Below are positions 25,286-38,500 of a stretch of 64,000 nt of DNA, in pieces. Source of the stretch: Chrysemys picta bellii (taxonomy: Eukaryota); contig NC_088800.1 of NCBI RefSeq assembly GCF_011386835.1, positions 20,708,001-20,772,000 of the forward strand. Direction: 5' to 3'. The notes below the pieces were generated by a model. That model did no database searches, had not been told where the DNA came from, and saw only the letters and a program-made list of their open reading frames with translations. The first letter of the stretch is position 1; every line of letters starts with the position of its first letter. Made by a program: the position numbers and the translations under genes.

Positions 25286-26411
25286 TGTGATGGTGCACTC
25301 CATATGATGTTATGAAAATATGCTAATGAGTGTAAATATAATGTAACTGGAATATGCTTCATGCAAAAGGTCTCTTGTAAGGTATCATTACAAAGCTTAT
25401 AATCTACTGATTATGTTAATCCTATTTGTATAAATATATCATTCTTGTATCTGAAACTAGAAATATGAAATATAACTCTGAGGTCCTATTGTAATTATGC
25501 AAAGTATGGGCCATTAATGGTGGCTTGGAATCTAGATGGCTCCCATTAACCAGGACAATTGGTTGTAAATGGCTCTGTTTACTTGTAAGTCTTCCTGTAT
25601 ACCTGAGTGCTAGCAAGTGGGTAATGAAGTCTTACAGTGACATGTGATCATGTCACCTGAACTGGAAGTGGAATCCATCTTTAACCTGGTGCTTTTCCAT
25701 TTAAAAGGAGGGGTGAGAACCCAGAGAGGGACAAAGGATTCCCGCCTTGTGCAAAAGATATATAAGGGGGTGGAACAGAACAAAGGGGGCTGCAGTTATG
25801 AGAAATCCCCTAGCTACCACCTGAGCTGGAACCAGGGGAAAGAATTGGGCCCGGACTAGAAGGAGGCTAGTCTGTCAAGAAGCTTATTGGAGCATCTCTG
25901 TGGGTGAGATTTACTTGCATTTAGTTTCCTACTGTATTAGGTTTAGACATGTGTTTTATTTTGTTTGGTAATTTACTTTGTTCTGTCTGTTATTACTTGG
26001 AACCACTTAAATCCTAATTCACCTAGAGTATGTATTAATATCTGGGGAGGAGGGGGAGGAAAGGGCTGTGCATAGCTCTCTATCAGTGTTATAGAGGGCG
26101 AACAATTTATGAGTTTACCCTGTATAAGCTTTATACAGGGTAAAACAGATTTATTTGGGGTTTGGACCCCATTGGGAGCTGGGTATCTGAGTGCTGGAGA
26201 CAGGAGCACTTCTTAAGCTGTTTTCAGTTAAGCCTGCAGCTTGTGGGGGAAGTGGTTCAGACTTGGATCTCTGTTTGCAGCAGGCAAGCGTGTCTGGCTC
26301 AAACAAGGCAAGGTACTGAAGTCCCAAGCTGCCGGGGAAAATGGGCTCAGAGGTAGTCCCAGCACATCAGGTGGCAGTCCTAAGGAGGTTTCTGTGACCC
26401 AACCCGTCACA
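25286..26411. mobile_element. Second, different solo LTR (1126 bp)
   Basis: TGTGATGG...CCGTCACA termini; 5-bp TSD AGGAT (25281-25285 and 26412-26416); interrupts the CR1 3' UTR. Confidence 0.88.
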
Positions 26412-27276
26412 AGGATACTGGGCTAGATGGACCTTTGGTCTGACCCAGTATGGCCATTCTTATGTTTTTATGTCACTGTTTATTTTCAGACTTTTTAATG
26501 TTTAGTTATAGAACTGTAAAGAAAATGTAACTTCTTTGAGAGGTAATCAAGCTCCATTACTACACACTTGCAAACTTAATATTTTAATAGCTTTTTAAAA
26601 ATCCCATTTTTTAACAATTGCCAGAAATTTAAATTGAGTTGGTGCATAAGATCAATGGAGGGAGCCCTGTTTTGAAAGATCTGACATTGATTAATCAGGG
26701 TTCCCGTCCTACAGCTTTCAGCAAATCTATAGGAGGTGTGTGTAGGGTGATATATGAGGGGAAGTGGACAACGGAAAAGAATAAACATGTTGATGGAGAA
26801 AGGCTTTTATCCACATAGCAAACCTGAAATGCTAAATTATTTATATCTAGAAATTGTTAATGTTTAAAGTTTTAACAATGATATACCACTCCATCTCACC
26901 CTGTTCCTCTCTATGCCTCCAGCAACCCCCTTCACGTCTCCTCCATGTCCCCTCAGGACACTGTACACCAAGATCTCAGATGATCCATTTCTGAGTAAGA
27001 AATATAAGGCAGCAAAGTTTCAGATACAGGAAAACTAATCTGGAAGTAGAGATAAATAAATAAAAGATTTCCTAGACTTTAACGCCCCTATCTTAGGCAC
27101 GTATGTAATTATACACATGAGTAGTCAAACTGATCTCAGTGGGACACTTCATGTCCTAAAAGTTATGCACATGCTTAAGTGTTTTGCATAAGTGCATAAA
27201 TAATCTGTAAAATGCCAAATAGGGAGACCTTCTCCACCAAACAACCACGCACATTCCACCCCCCAAAAAAGCCTGA

Positions 27277-27542
27277 GGCCTGGTCTATGCTAAGAATTTA
27301 CTTTGGAATAGCTACGTCTCTTGGGGTGTGAAAAATCCACTCCTCTGAGAGAGGTAGCTATACTGTCCTAACCCCTGGCATAGACAGCAATAGGTCGATG
27401 GAAGAATTCTTCTGTCAACCTAGCTACTGCCTCTTGGGGAGGTGGATTACCTATACCAACAGGAGAACCTCTTCCATCTGCATAGGAAGTGTCTACACTG
27501 AAGCACTACAGTGGTGCAGCATTTTTCAGCATAGAGATACCC
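27277..27542. mobile_element. Harbinger-like MITE
   Basis: GGCCTGGTCTATGCT...AGCATAGAGATACCC termini flanked by a 3-bp TGA duplication. Confidence 0.55.
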
Positions 27543-27631
27543 TGAGTAAAAGTTTAGCAAACCCAGGCTCTGCTGGACCAATCAGAGACCATACACTGAG
27601 AAAGTCCTACCTCCTAGCCCAGGCCCTAACT

Positions 27632-27955
27632 CAGTGGTCCCCAAACTTTTTACCTCACATCCCCCATTACCGCTGTCCACCCCTCCTGAAGCCGCGGTTG
27701 GAAGCTGGGGCTGGGAGTAGGGCCACGGTCGGGGCCGCGGTTGGGGGGCAGAGCCACAGTTGGGGGCAGGGCCGGAGCCAAGAGTGGAGTCGCGACTGGG
27801 ACCTGGGGATGGGGCTGGAGCAGAGCTGAGGGATGAGTGGGGCTGGGTGATGCTCCCTCCCCAGCCCCTGTGGAGGCTGGCCTGGATCCTGCTGCACACC
27901 TCTGAACGTTCCTCTGCACCCCCATGGGGTACGCCCCACAGTTTGGGGACCACTG
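27632..27955. mobile_element. hAT-Charlie-like MITE
   Basis: Perfect 16-bp TIRs CAGTGGTCCCCAAACT / AGTTTGGGGACCACTG; TSD degraded (CCCTAACT vs CCCTGATA). Confidence 0.8.
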
Positions 27956-29230
27956 CCCTGATATATCTGGGAACTGTCAATTTAAGTGTCCCAACGGATG
28001 TCCCTGCTGTGTTAAAACATGAAGAGAGAATCCATATCCAATTTAGTAGGGTTTCATCAAAGCTTAATGGATCAAAACCCAGACCTTGACTTATACCTGG
28101 GAATGAACTAAAAGCCAGAGCAGACTCTGGGACATATAGTCATGTACAAGAACCAGCACTATTGTTTGAAAACTCAGAAGGAGGCTAGAGAGAGAAAAAC
28201 AATGAATCCTGATGAAGTCTTTTATTCTTTAAAACAAAAAGACAAACTGGAAAAATGCTAAAATGGCAAGGAAGACAGCTGGAAGCAATCGGCAGCACAT
28301 ATAAAGGTATAAAGCTCAGTGATATTAGTAGGTTTCAGTTCTGTATTTGTTATACTGCTGCTGTGTTCCTTGTGGGAGATTTCTGCTAACAAACAACCCT
28401 CTGCAGTTTGTCCCTTCCAATGTTTGGCATTTTGGCCCTCAAAAATATAAACATCCCAATTTTTGCAGGTTGAGGGGAGAAACCTTTGTTTAATAGGAGG
28501 CAGTGGGGTTGGGGGCGGATCATATTCTGTCTTACCTCAAACTCACATAACTTGTGTAACCAAAGTTTGTAGAGTAGACATGGCATTATTCCTGTACAGG
28601 AAGAGGAATTAGCTATACTGGTGCATCAGTGTTATGGGTTGTACTGATATAACTATATCAGTAAAAAATCACACCTCTAACAAAAATAGAGTGCAAAATC
28701 TGTATATAGACCAGGCCAAAGACACATACTGCCATAAATGATGGCATGGTGGGGGCAAGACAGTAGAGCCAGTAGAACGCTCTCAACATGTGTACACAGG
28801 TCTAAAGTTTAGACTCTAAACCTCCATGTAGGAAGTAGGCAAGAATCTTAGCTGTTACTAGAGCATATGGGGCATGAAGTGGCAGAGGAGTCATCCCTTA
28901 GCCACTTTGCACCAATGCACTGTGTTTGGGGTATAGGACTCCCTTTTCCTCAACATTTTTTAGATCCCTTGTACAAAACCCATTTATGCAGAGGTTTCCG
29001 TACTTGGTCCAATAATATAAAGGTTTGAATTACTCCCTTTCATCTCAGTAGCGTGATAGCTCCAAAACATATTGACAGCAATTTACAGACAATATTAACT
29101 AGTTCATTACTGATCATTATAGCAGAAACATCCAGCTATTATGCTATTAGGTAAAGCTTGAATAGAATGTTATCATTCCTTCCATTTAGCCCCTGGGCAG
29201 AATGCACTTAGCCCTACCTGCTTAATCATA

Positions 29231-29499
29231 GGCCTGGTCTATACGGGGGTGGGGCTCGATCTAAGTTACGCAACTTCAGCTACATGAATAACGTAACTGA
29301 AGTCGACGTGCTTAGATCTACTTACTGCAGTGTCTTCACTGCGGTAAGTTGACGGTTGATGCTCTCCCGTTGACTCCACCTGCACCTCTCATCCTGGTGG
29401 AGTACCAGATTCGACGGGAGAGACTAGACTAGACACGATAAATCGACCCCGCTGGATCGATTGCTGCCCATCGATCCAGTGGGTAGTGTAGACAAGCCC
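29231..29499. mobile_element. Harbinger-like MITE
   Basis: Termini GGCCTGGTCTATAC / GTGTAGACAAGCCC with internal inverted arms; CpG-rich. Confidence 0.65.
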
Positions 29500-29512
29500 T
29501 TAGCTTTTTATG

Positions 29513-29802
29513 TGCCTGGTGTAGACTTAAAATTTAGGTCAACATAGCTACTGCGCTCAGGGGCATGAAAATCCACAACCTGAGCACCGTAGTTATGCCG
29601 ACCTAACCCCTGGGGTAGAAGCAGCTAGACTGATGGCAGAATGCTTCTATTGAGCTAGCTACCATTGCTTAAGGAGGTTGTGTTCCCACAGCAATGGAAA
29701 AACCCCTTCTGTCACTGTAGCCCGTTTACACCATGGGGTTATGCTGGCATGGCTACAGTTCCATAGCTATGCTGCTGTAGTCCCTATAGTGTAGACATAG
29801 CC
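29513..29802. mobile_element. Harbinger-like MITE, same family as 27277-27542
   Basis: Shares the internal catagctac...aaaatccac...ctaacccctgg...tagctac motifs; ends TAGTGTAGACATAGCC. Confidence 0.6.
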
Positions 29803-31819
29803 TGAGACTACGCTTTTAGGAGATTTCTTAAAATCTCAGGATTTCCTCCAAAATCTCCGTAGTATTGTCAAGGCTGGTGGTGTCATAACATGAAAATATA
29901 GGGCAAAAGAGAGTCCCACAAAAAAAGATAGATCCTGAACTCTAGAATGGTCTAGATTCACCATAGGACATATAATATTCTTCCTCATTTAAAAAATGCT
30001 GAGATACCAGACTGGTGACTCCTTTATAAATTTCTAAGTTAAATCCCAAATCATTTGATGTTAATATTTTTTCAAATGATCTGGAGAAAATAGGATGAAA
30101 TGGATGGGCAGAGGAAGTCAATCTATGTTGAAAGGGATATCTCAGGCTTTTTTGTTTCCATTTGCAGGCTGGTATGTACCCATTGCCAATGTGAGACAGG
30201 ATCAGGTCCTTTGGTTATAGATCTTTGGGGTATTGACTGTATCTTCTTATATATCTGTAAAGTGCTGTGCAGACTTTTATTATTTAGATTTAATAATAAA
30301 ATTAATGCTCATGCATAAGCTCTGAATATCCTAACAATAATTAAACTTACAATAATAATAAGAACCACCCAGCAGCATTAAATACTAACAAACAAATACA
30401 TTATCTGCAGCACTGAATAATCAAATAATAATGCTTCATGGTACTGCATTAATATTGAGATACAGGGGATGGAAAGCGACTCAGACATCTCAAAATTGTA
30501 GATCAAGATAAATAACACCATGTCACAACGTTGGCAGGGAGAGTGGAATATGAGAGAGGATACACAGAAATATCTTGAAGCTGTGGAGTGAGATAAACAG
30601 CACTGTATCTTAACATGTAGCAAGTGATAATGCAAACCATAGAAAAATATAGAGAAGAGCCTGAAGAAAAATGCATTGTTTTTTATGAGCTAGGAGCAGA
30701 TAGTTTGGTGGTAGTGTCACATTAGGACAAGCAGAAACTCATTCCTGCACTGAGGCCACTGTAAGCCCCTCTGGTGAATACACCTGAAATGGGGGTGCGG
30801 GGGGGGGGGAGGCCCACAACTACAACAACACAGTCAGTATATCTGGTTCTTTGCTATCCTCATCGGGAGTCTTCACCTCAAGAGGTGTGCCAGGAAAGTG
30901 GCCAAGGTGTTCCTATGCCAGGGCTATTCCTAACTGTTAGAATTGCTCATAGGGAAATAGTTGCCGCTGGGGCAAAAACTAGGAGAGCCCTTGGGTATGC
31001 TGTGACCTGTGTTGGGGTGTGCTGCGGTGTGTGGAGTGGGTCGAAAGCAGCTCCTGGCAGCCCTCTGATTGGAGAGGCCTATTGCCCCTGCGCTGTGCTC
31101 TGCACTAATGCAGGGATGAATTTGGTCCAGAGTTGGGAAGCCAAAAGTTTGCACAGATATGTGGGACCTCCCTAAGGCTGGAGGTAAGTTAGTGGCAAAG
31201 AGTACAATGTCACTGGGGGAAAGATTGGTGTGATGATCTGGATTTCAAAGAAATAATGGCCATGCATATGAAAAGTACAGGACAAAGGTTGTTTTTAAGA
31301 GGCTATGCCCTGGCCTGCAGGATGTTATTTGTGGTATAAAATCACCCATTTGTATCCAGATTATGGACTTTTTGTGTTCAAAGCTAGATGGGTAATTTTT
31401 GAGGGAGAGACCTCTGGGACTGAGTGGGTGACTACTGAACTTAGTGCTGGGTGCAGACAGTTTTGGTGTAAATCCTAGGTGTGTTTATGGAACAATTAAT
31501 GGTGAAAGCGGATTACGTTGGGGGTGAGTAGTAGGGGAGTGATTGAAAATGTAGCAATGGGAGTTTTGGGGGTATGCTGGGAGGAAGGGGGGTTATTGAA
31601 TATTTAGAGATGGGAGTGTTTATGTTGGGGGGCTAAGCGAGGCTCGGGGTGTTGAAGATTCAGAAGTGGGAGTAGGTATTTTTGTGGGGGGAAGGGGTCT
31701 CAGGGCAGATAGAATTGGCAGTAGGTTCTCTGGGGAAGGTGGATGCACAGAGAGCGCTGGGTAATGTATTGGGGGGGGGGTTACACTTCGAGCTGGAAGC
31801 AGCTAATTAAGGGGAGTCC

Positions 31820-32575
31820 TTCGACCGGCGCCTGTAAGATGTCCCCGCCTAGGAGGGGGGGGGAGGATGGAGACTATAGGCCTCTCCGGCACAATGGTGT
31901 CACTATGGTAACCCAACAGCCCTCTTCGCTCCCCCCCTTCCGGACTTGTTCTCGCGAGAGCTGGCCGGGCCGGCGCGGAGAGGCCAGGGCGCTCAGGGGC
32001 CTTTTCAAACCCAGCGGCTGCGGCGGCACAGGAGCTCGGCAAGGAAATGGCGGAGAATGATAAGCCGGAGGCCGCGGCGCCACCGGGGGGAGTGGAGGAG
32101 GCCATAGCCGCCCCCGACAACCAGCCTCAGCAGCAGGATGAGGCGGCGGCGGCAACAGCGACCGAGAGCGGCGGCAGCGCCAATGGCGTCAAAATGTGTG
32201 TGCGGGGCTGGGCCTGGGCTCCGAGCCGGGGGACAAGCGGGCGGGGGCCAGGCAACGGGGCTACCTGAGCGCGGGGATTCAGCGGGCCGCCTAGGCCGTG
32301 GTAGAGAGGCAGCCCGTCCTCTCCTTCCCCCCTCCCTCCGCAAGGCTCCTCCTCCTCCAGGAGTGGAGTGGATGGGGCTACACAGTCCGGGGGAGCCCCC
32401 ATCACCTGGGAGGGGAAGTAGAGCCCCCCCGCCCCTCCCCGTTAGTGTTAGCCGTTGTGGTGTAGCTTGGGGGCCATGTGTGGAGGAGGGGATAACGAGG
32501 AGGTCGGAGGAGGGGGCTAAGAGCAGGGGGAGGGGAGGCTTATGGGGGCTGCCCTGCGATGGGGTGCTGCGCTAG
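31820..32575. promoter_or_regulatory. CpG island / MYEF2 promoter with RFX X-box, ETS, TCTCGCGAGA and YY1-like motifs
   Basis: High GC and CpG. GTCACTATGGTAAC 31899-31912; CTTCCGG about 31937-31943; TCTCGCGAGA 31950-31959; AAATGGCGG overlapping the start codon. Confidence 0.8.
32047..32195 (+). CDS. MYEF2: MYEF2 coding exon 1
   Basis: [15 protein letters not shown]...SANGVKM; donor AT|GTGTGT, phase 2. Confidence 0.9.
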
Positions 32576-35500
32576 GGGAGGGCTGCTTCCCCCATGCCAT
32601 TAGCCTCTTCTTGGGAACACGGAGAGCATGGCCCTGCGGCAAGGCAGGAGGCAAGGCAATTGCATGATATTAACGATGGTGAGGTTTCTCGGTGTGATCA
32701 CTGGGAGTAGTGCGCTTCCTTGCATGGTGGTGTGTCTGCTCGCTGAATCCAAGCCGTGCGTGTAACATAGACCGTAAGTATGTGAGGATTATATGGGTGG
32801 GAGTTGATCATTACTCCATGGCAAGCCACAGGTCGCTTTTGAGTAGTGAAACCTTAATGCCTTCAAATACCATAACCTGTTCTGTTTATACAACGCTTTT
32901 CTGGAGATGTATTGTAACTTTACATTGCTGCTTTTTTTTGGGGGGGTATCCCTCCATCTGTAAGGCCAGGTTGTCTTAGAACCATGAGTCCTCTTGTGCA
33001 GGTGGATAGAGAAAAATCTGTACTTGTAACACATTTTAACACAGGTTTTAAAAATTAACAGCTTTCCTGTAAATTATAGTGGTGCTATTTTAAGATCCAG
33101 TAAACCATGACCTGTCAGGGACAGATACCAAATATTATAAGGAAGCTTGGAATTTCAGCTTTCCAATGTAATAAAGCAAATGGATTTTCTAGGGCTGATG
33201 GTTCTTGACATCAGACCTTCAAACTGTTACTAGGCTGAACATAGGAAGTCTTTGATCTCAAATCAGTACAACTTTCAGCTCCTCACTTTACCCAATTCAC
33301 ACCCGGGAAGAAAGTATATTTTGTTACAGACTTCTTTTAATACATGGTGTCTGTTTGAAAGCTGTGTTGACATTTGAAATTTTAAAAGTATGGATTGTGG
33401 TAAATAAACACACTTGAGGTCAGATTCAGAATAAAAACATTCATAAAAGGAGTGAAGAATGAAGGTATTTTTGACCACACATGATATTTGTGTAGATTAT
33501 ATTTTACATACCTTGGGGTAACCTAGGCCAAGTTTTCCTTTGTTGTGCACCTGGCTCTAAATGCTCACACTCCTGATTTTTGTGGTTTGTATTCTTGGTT
33601 TGAGGCCATATGTAGGGCCTTGCATTTTCAAACTGCTGTGCAAACATCAAAATGCAACACAGTGGTAATCACAGTTTTTCATTTTCTTCTGGGAATGTAA
33701 CAATTATGGTAGTGACTTAACAAAAAACCTGTTACCCTATATTTTTGTTGGTAGAGTTGGGGAGTTGGTTTATTTAGAAAGCAATGCAAGATATGATCCT
33801 GGACATCAGGGTTTCATGTACACATAATCCCCCCTCTGTTCCCCCTGCATGTACAGAAAGCATTGTGTTAATTTTAATGTGTGTCAAAAGACAAATTTCA
33901 GTCTGTTCAAATTCTCCTGTAACAAGATAATGCTTACGTGAAAGTGGACAGGTGGACTCCAATCCTGCAATTACTTATGCACCTACTTAACCTTACTATG
34001 TTGAGTAATAGGACTACTTATGTAGTCCCGGCTCTCCTAGCTCTGGTCAAGTGAAAAAATTCTCTAAGTTAAAAATTTGCATCATCAGGCACTTAGTTGT
34101 GGAACATCCTACACTGCCCCTTTGTACCCACCTACTGGTTCGTACGGATGCTTATGAACAGAACCAATAGAAGTTCCTAGAATAACTTCTTCAACAAAAT
34201 ACATTGAATAACTAGAATTCTGAGCTGTACGTATTTTGTTAACTTTCGTATCATGAGAAATCACTTGCATATTAAAGATTTGTAATCTTTTTCTATGGGT
34301 TCTTTATACATAAGCTTGGAAGATTTATCTTTTATTTATTTTGTTTTTAAGGTTTATTTTCTGCACAATTTTGGATTTAAATGTTTGCCTCAGTTTGTTT
34401 CCTACAGATGCAGTCTTCTAGTTAAAATTTAATTACTAGTAATATCTGGAATCAGAAATAAAAATCAGTTTAATTGTGTTTCTTGTTCTTATTTAAGCAT
34501 TATGCAGTATGCTAATAATAAATGCTGTTGATTGTAATCAAAGTTTAGAATCGTGTTATTGTTCCTACTCAGCTTTGGCCCCAGCACATGTTGATGCATA
34601 CTACATTGGGTCAATCTAACTATCAAGTGATTGACCACAGAATGAACAAACAAAAAATCCCTTTACGTAAAATTTGATTAATAACAAAAATTCTTGCTGT
34701 TTTGGGGATCTGGGTCAAGAAGTCAAATATAAACACTTACACAACAATAAAAAAGTGCTAGCTGCTCTACAGACAAGTACAGTATGAAGACAAAATCCCT
34801 GGCCTTAATTAGCTAATTTATAACTGATGTCCCTGTATTGCTTAATTTCATTACTTCCATGGGAATTCTGTACTGATTGACTTTTTCTGACTGAATGGAT
34901 TCCCCACTAAAGTGAGATAATGAAGTTCATAGCTCTTAAAGTTGTCATTTCAGTTGGTCTCCAGACCGCAAAGGTAATGCTGCTTTGAATCCCGTTTGGA
35001 AGGTTTTCTCTGTAGTCAAGGAAGAAACTATTTAAAGTGATAGCTCATATTTTACAGAAAACATTGCCTCTCCTTTAGGATGCACAGAAGTTCTGCATCT
35101 ATGGATTTCTATATTCCTTATGAATGCTCAGGTGATGAGATTGTTTTGCTATATGTAAAATATGAAAATACCTACATATGCTTGTTTTTTGGATATAATC
35201 TCTTTGGCTATAATAGCTTTTTTGGATATAAACTTTGAGGTAATCTCTCAACTAACTTGATTATTACATATTTTGGCTACAAAGCCCATTTCACACCAGT
35301 GCTTTCTAATTCTAAGAAAAGTAATTGCTTCAGAGTCATGCTCTGAATTCCTAAAATGGAGTTTGGCATTGTGAATGGATAATAAATGGGACCACACTGT
35401 AGAACTTTTCATTTACTTAGCGCAACAGTAATAAATTGACTATTGCACACTCAGGATATGCAGGTTGATTACATTTGAAGGTGTAGTTTTCATGAAGAGA

Positions 35501-38500
35501 ATCTTGGTTCCTAATTTCATAATTCTTCAATAAACACAAACCAAACAGTCCAGCGATGAACTGTATGTATAGAACTGAAATGTGTATTTTAGGTCATTTC
35601 AGCTACACTCTGAAAGTGTCAAAATGTTATGTAAAATTTTAGGTCCTGCAAGCCTGTTGAAACAAATACAGCTTGTGAGGCGTTCTGAAGATACTGTTTT
35701 GCTCATGTAATAAGTTAAGCAAGAGGGTTCCAAATCCACCTTTTCTGCAATCTTGTAACACTTAGATATGAGAGGAATATTGCGTAATCACAACTGATGT
35801 TTTATGCAAAGACCTTTCAGTACACTATTTAAAACTCCTAAGTCTCAAGGCTTGTAATAACTAGAATGATACATCTCAGTTACAGAAGTTTTTAATAATC
35901 AGTTTCTTTATAACACCACCTTGCTGGAATTTGACAGGCATATTAGTAGAGAAGTACAACTTAACTAGACTTCCTTACTGTGATTACAATGGAACAGTGT
36001 GGCCTTTCGTTGCAAACTTTAACTTCTTATTTTGTTGCCAAATAAAACAATGTGTTCATGAAATGAGACTGTTTAAAATGAAATAATTCTTAAAATATCT
36101 TGGGAACTAGGGAGTTCTGAATGGTAGTTGCAAAGCTGATAGCATGCAAAATGTGGGATTTGCCCTATTAATGTAGAATTGTACCATTATCTCAAAGCAA
36201 AACTAATCTGTCTGCCTCTTGAAAATATAGGGATAATGATGAGGCAGCAAAGGAAGAGAAAGCACCTGTGAAGGAAAAGTATGTTCCAAAACCGAAGGCA
36301 ATTCCATCTCTTGGAAACAAGAATAGATTCCATCCCTATTCAAAGGACAAGAATTCAGGCACTGGAGAAAAGAAGACTATTAACCGTAACAGAGTTTTCA
36401 TTAGCAACATCCCATATGACATGAAATGGCAAGCTATTAAAGATCTTATGAGAGAAAAAGGTAACTTACTCCTGATAACCCACTTCATATAGGAAGGGGA
36501 GGAACTTAAAATATTTTTGTCCTTTGAGCCACACAGATTTGACTTGCTTTTTTTTTTTTTTTTTTTTTGGGCCTTTACTCGATACGTCTATCTTTTCCCC
36601 CACTCTTTCATTTGAGACAACTGCATTGCAAGGGTAGTATGGGAAAATGAAGTGTTTACAATCTTGCCATTTTAGTGTGACAGTAGAGAGCCAACAGCAT
36701 ATGCATGCCCTCATGACTTTTTAAAGAGATTGTGTTTTGTCTAGTTGTAGTCTTTGTAGATTTTTAAAGGGCTATTGTATTTAAGCAATACACTTAGTGT
36801 GTATTTCAAAAGATGTTTTGTATTTCCTTGGTGGAATCTGGCTGTGGAATTAACTTTGTCTGCATTGTCACTACTGCCATGACTGACTGTCTGGAGATCT
36901 ATATTAAAAGTGTGTTACTGCTGTTGCAGTTTTGATAGAGTAATCTGAACACCCCAAATGTTTTACTCTGGACAGTTTGGGGGAAAATAACTCTAATAAG
37001 AATTCTGTAAAAAGTTAGATGTTATTTTTCTTGAAAATATTGATTCTTTAAAAGTAATGCAAAGCACACTTGGCTTCTAGGCTGTTAAATAATGCCAAAA
37101 ACTTTTTGTAACTTTGCTTGGTGTATCTGTTGTAAGGTGACATGACTATTTGATTGGTTTTATTCACCGAAACTTTAGAAAGTGTGTGGCTTGCTGTGAA
37201 ATATTTGACTTGTAAATTTGGTTATTATATTGAAGGCAAACTCTTATGATTGAAGACATTCAGGTAGAAAGTCACCTTAAAACAGCTGTTGTGAGTAGGA
37301 TGACAAATGTCACTGAAAAGTGCTAATGTTGATGTTCTAATTTGATAGGTTAAGGGACCAAGTGTGTATCTGAATTTGTTCACCAACTATATCATACTGG
37401 CCAAAATATGATCTGTAGTATGAATTAGGTTAAATATAGTTGTTTGTATAGCTCTTGAGAATGTGGCTGCTGCATATTTCTGAAAATTAGCTAAATTATA
37501 TAGCCATTGACAGGAGGTATGTTGGTCTGGTTTTGATTGTTGGTGAATAATAGGTGCTTCTCTGTAGAGTTGTGCACAGGGGCACAGTAAAGCAAGATAT
37601 TGGTGTTTAAATGCATTGTCTCTTGGTATTTTCCCTTTGTATGTCTTATGTAGTTGGTGAGGTTACATACGTGGAGCTGTTTAAGGATGCTGAAGGAAAA
37701 TCAAGGGTAAGTGCCGTGGGCAACAATCTGCTAGAGGCTTAAAAGTTCCTCAGCAGTTTTATTTTTGTATAATACCTGTACCAGTTTTTGGAAAGTAAGT
37801 TTCATTTTTATTTTATTATGATAGACTTGAGGCTTCTGTATTAGAATCAGTCTGACACTTTCATGTAAATCAAACTAGCTGGCTGTAAGGGTCGAGTTTA
37901 TTTTATAAAAGTCAACAAATGGCATTTACTTAATTCTTCTAAGGTAATACTTTTCAGCCAACACTTTAATTTAGGATTTTTGTTGTGTTCTAGATCTGTT
38001 TTATGTAAAGGACTTTAAAAAAAACCTACTGAACTGACAAATTTTGCAAGTGTAATATTTTTATTTGAGTCCAATAAGTATAAAAATGTATAGACTATAC
38101 TGTTTGAAGAATCTAATTTGAGAGTTTACAGGACTAGTGCGCTGAACACTTTGGTTTACTGAATTTGCCTGTTTTTTAAACTGAATGGAAGGAGGTGGTT
38201 GGCAGCCAAGAGAATGCCAGCAATGAGGCACTTAGAGTGAAGAATGTTAAAGCTCCTTTGTCTTTTTTCAGTCAAAAGTTTGAACTATAATAGATCTGAA
38301 CCTGCTGTATGAACTGAGAAATGCAGGTTTGATTCTAACTAAGCAGGAATAATTGTTGTAAATGATTTCCCTAACATTTGTAAAACAAAATGGTGTGTTT
38401 TCAGTTTAGTCTCTGCATTACTGCTCACTTAAAGCAGTCCTAAACTAGTTGCTTTATTTAAATGGGTTTTGGTGCAGTCGATAATTTACTTTCATGAAAA

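Larger units (their letters stand above)
23519..26472 (+). mobile_element. 5'-truncated CR1 LINE (RT C-terminus and 3' UTR) split by two LTR insertions
   Basis: Segments 23519-23650, 24798-25285 and 26412-26472 join into CR1: ...[14 protein letters not shown]|[32 protein letters not shown]...RTRGHQMKL, ending ggccattcttatgtttttatg. Confidence 0.9.

Noticed and set aside
30774-31175. 133-aa plus-strand ORF upstream of MYEF2
   Set aside because: Starts at GTG, runs through a G homopolymer, and shows no domain or splice context.
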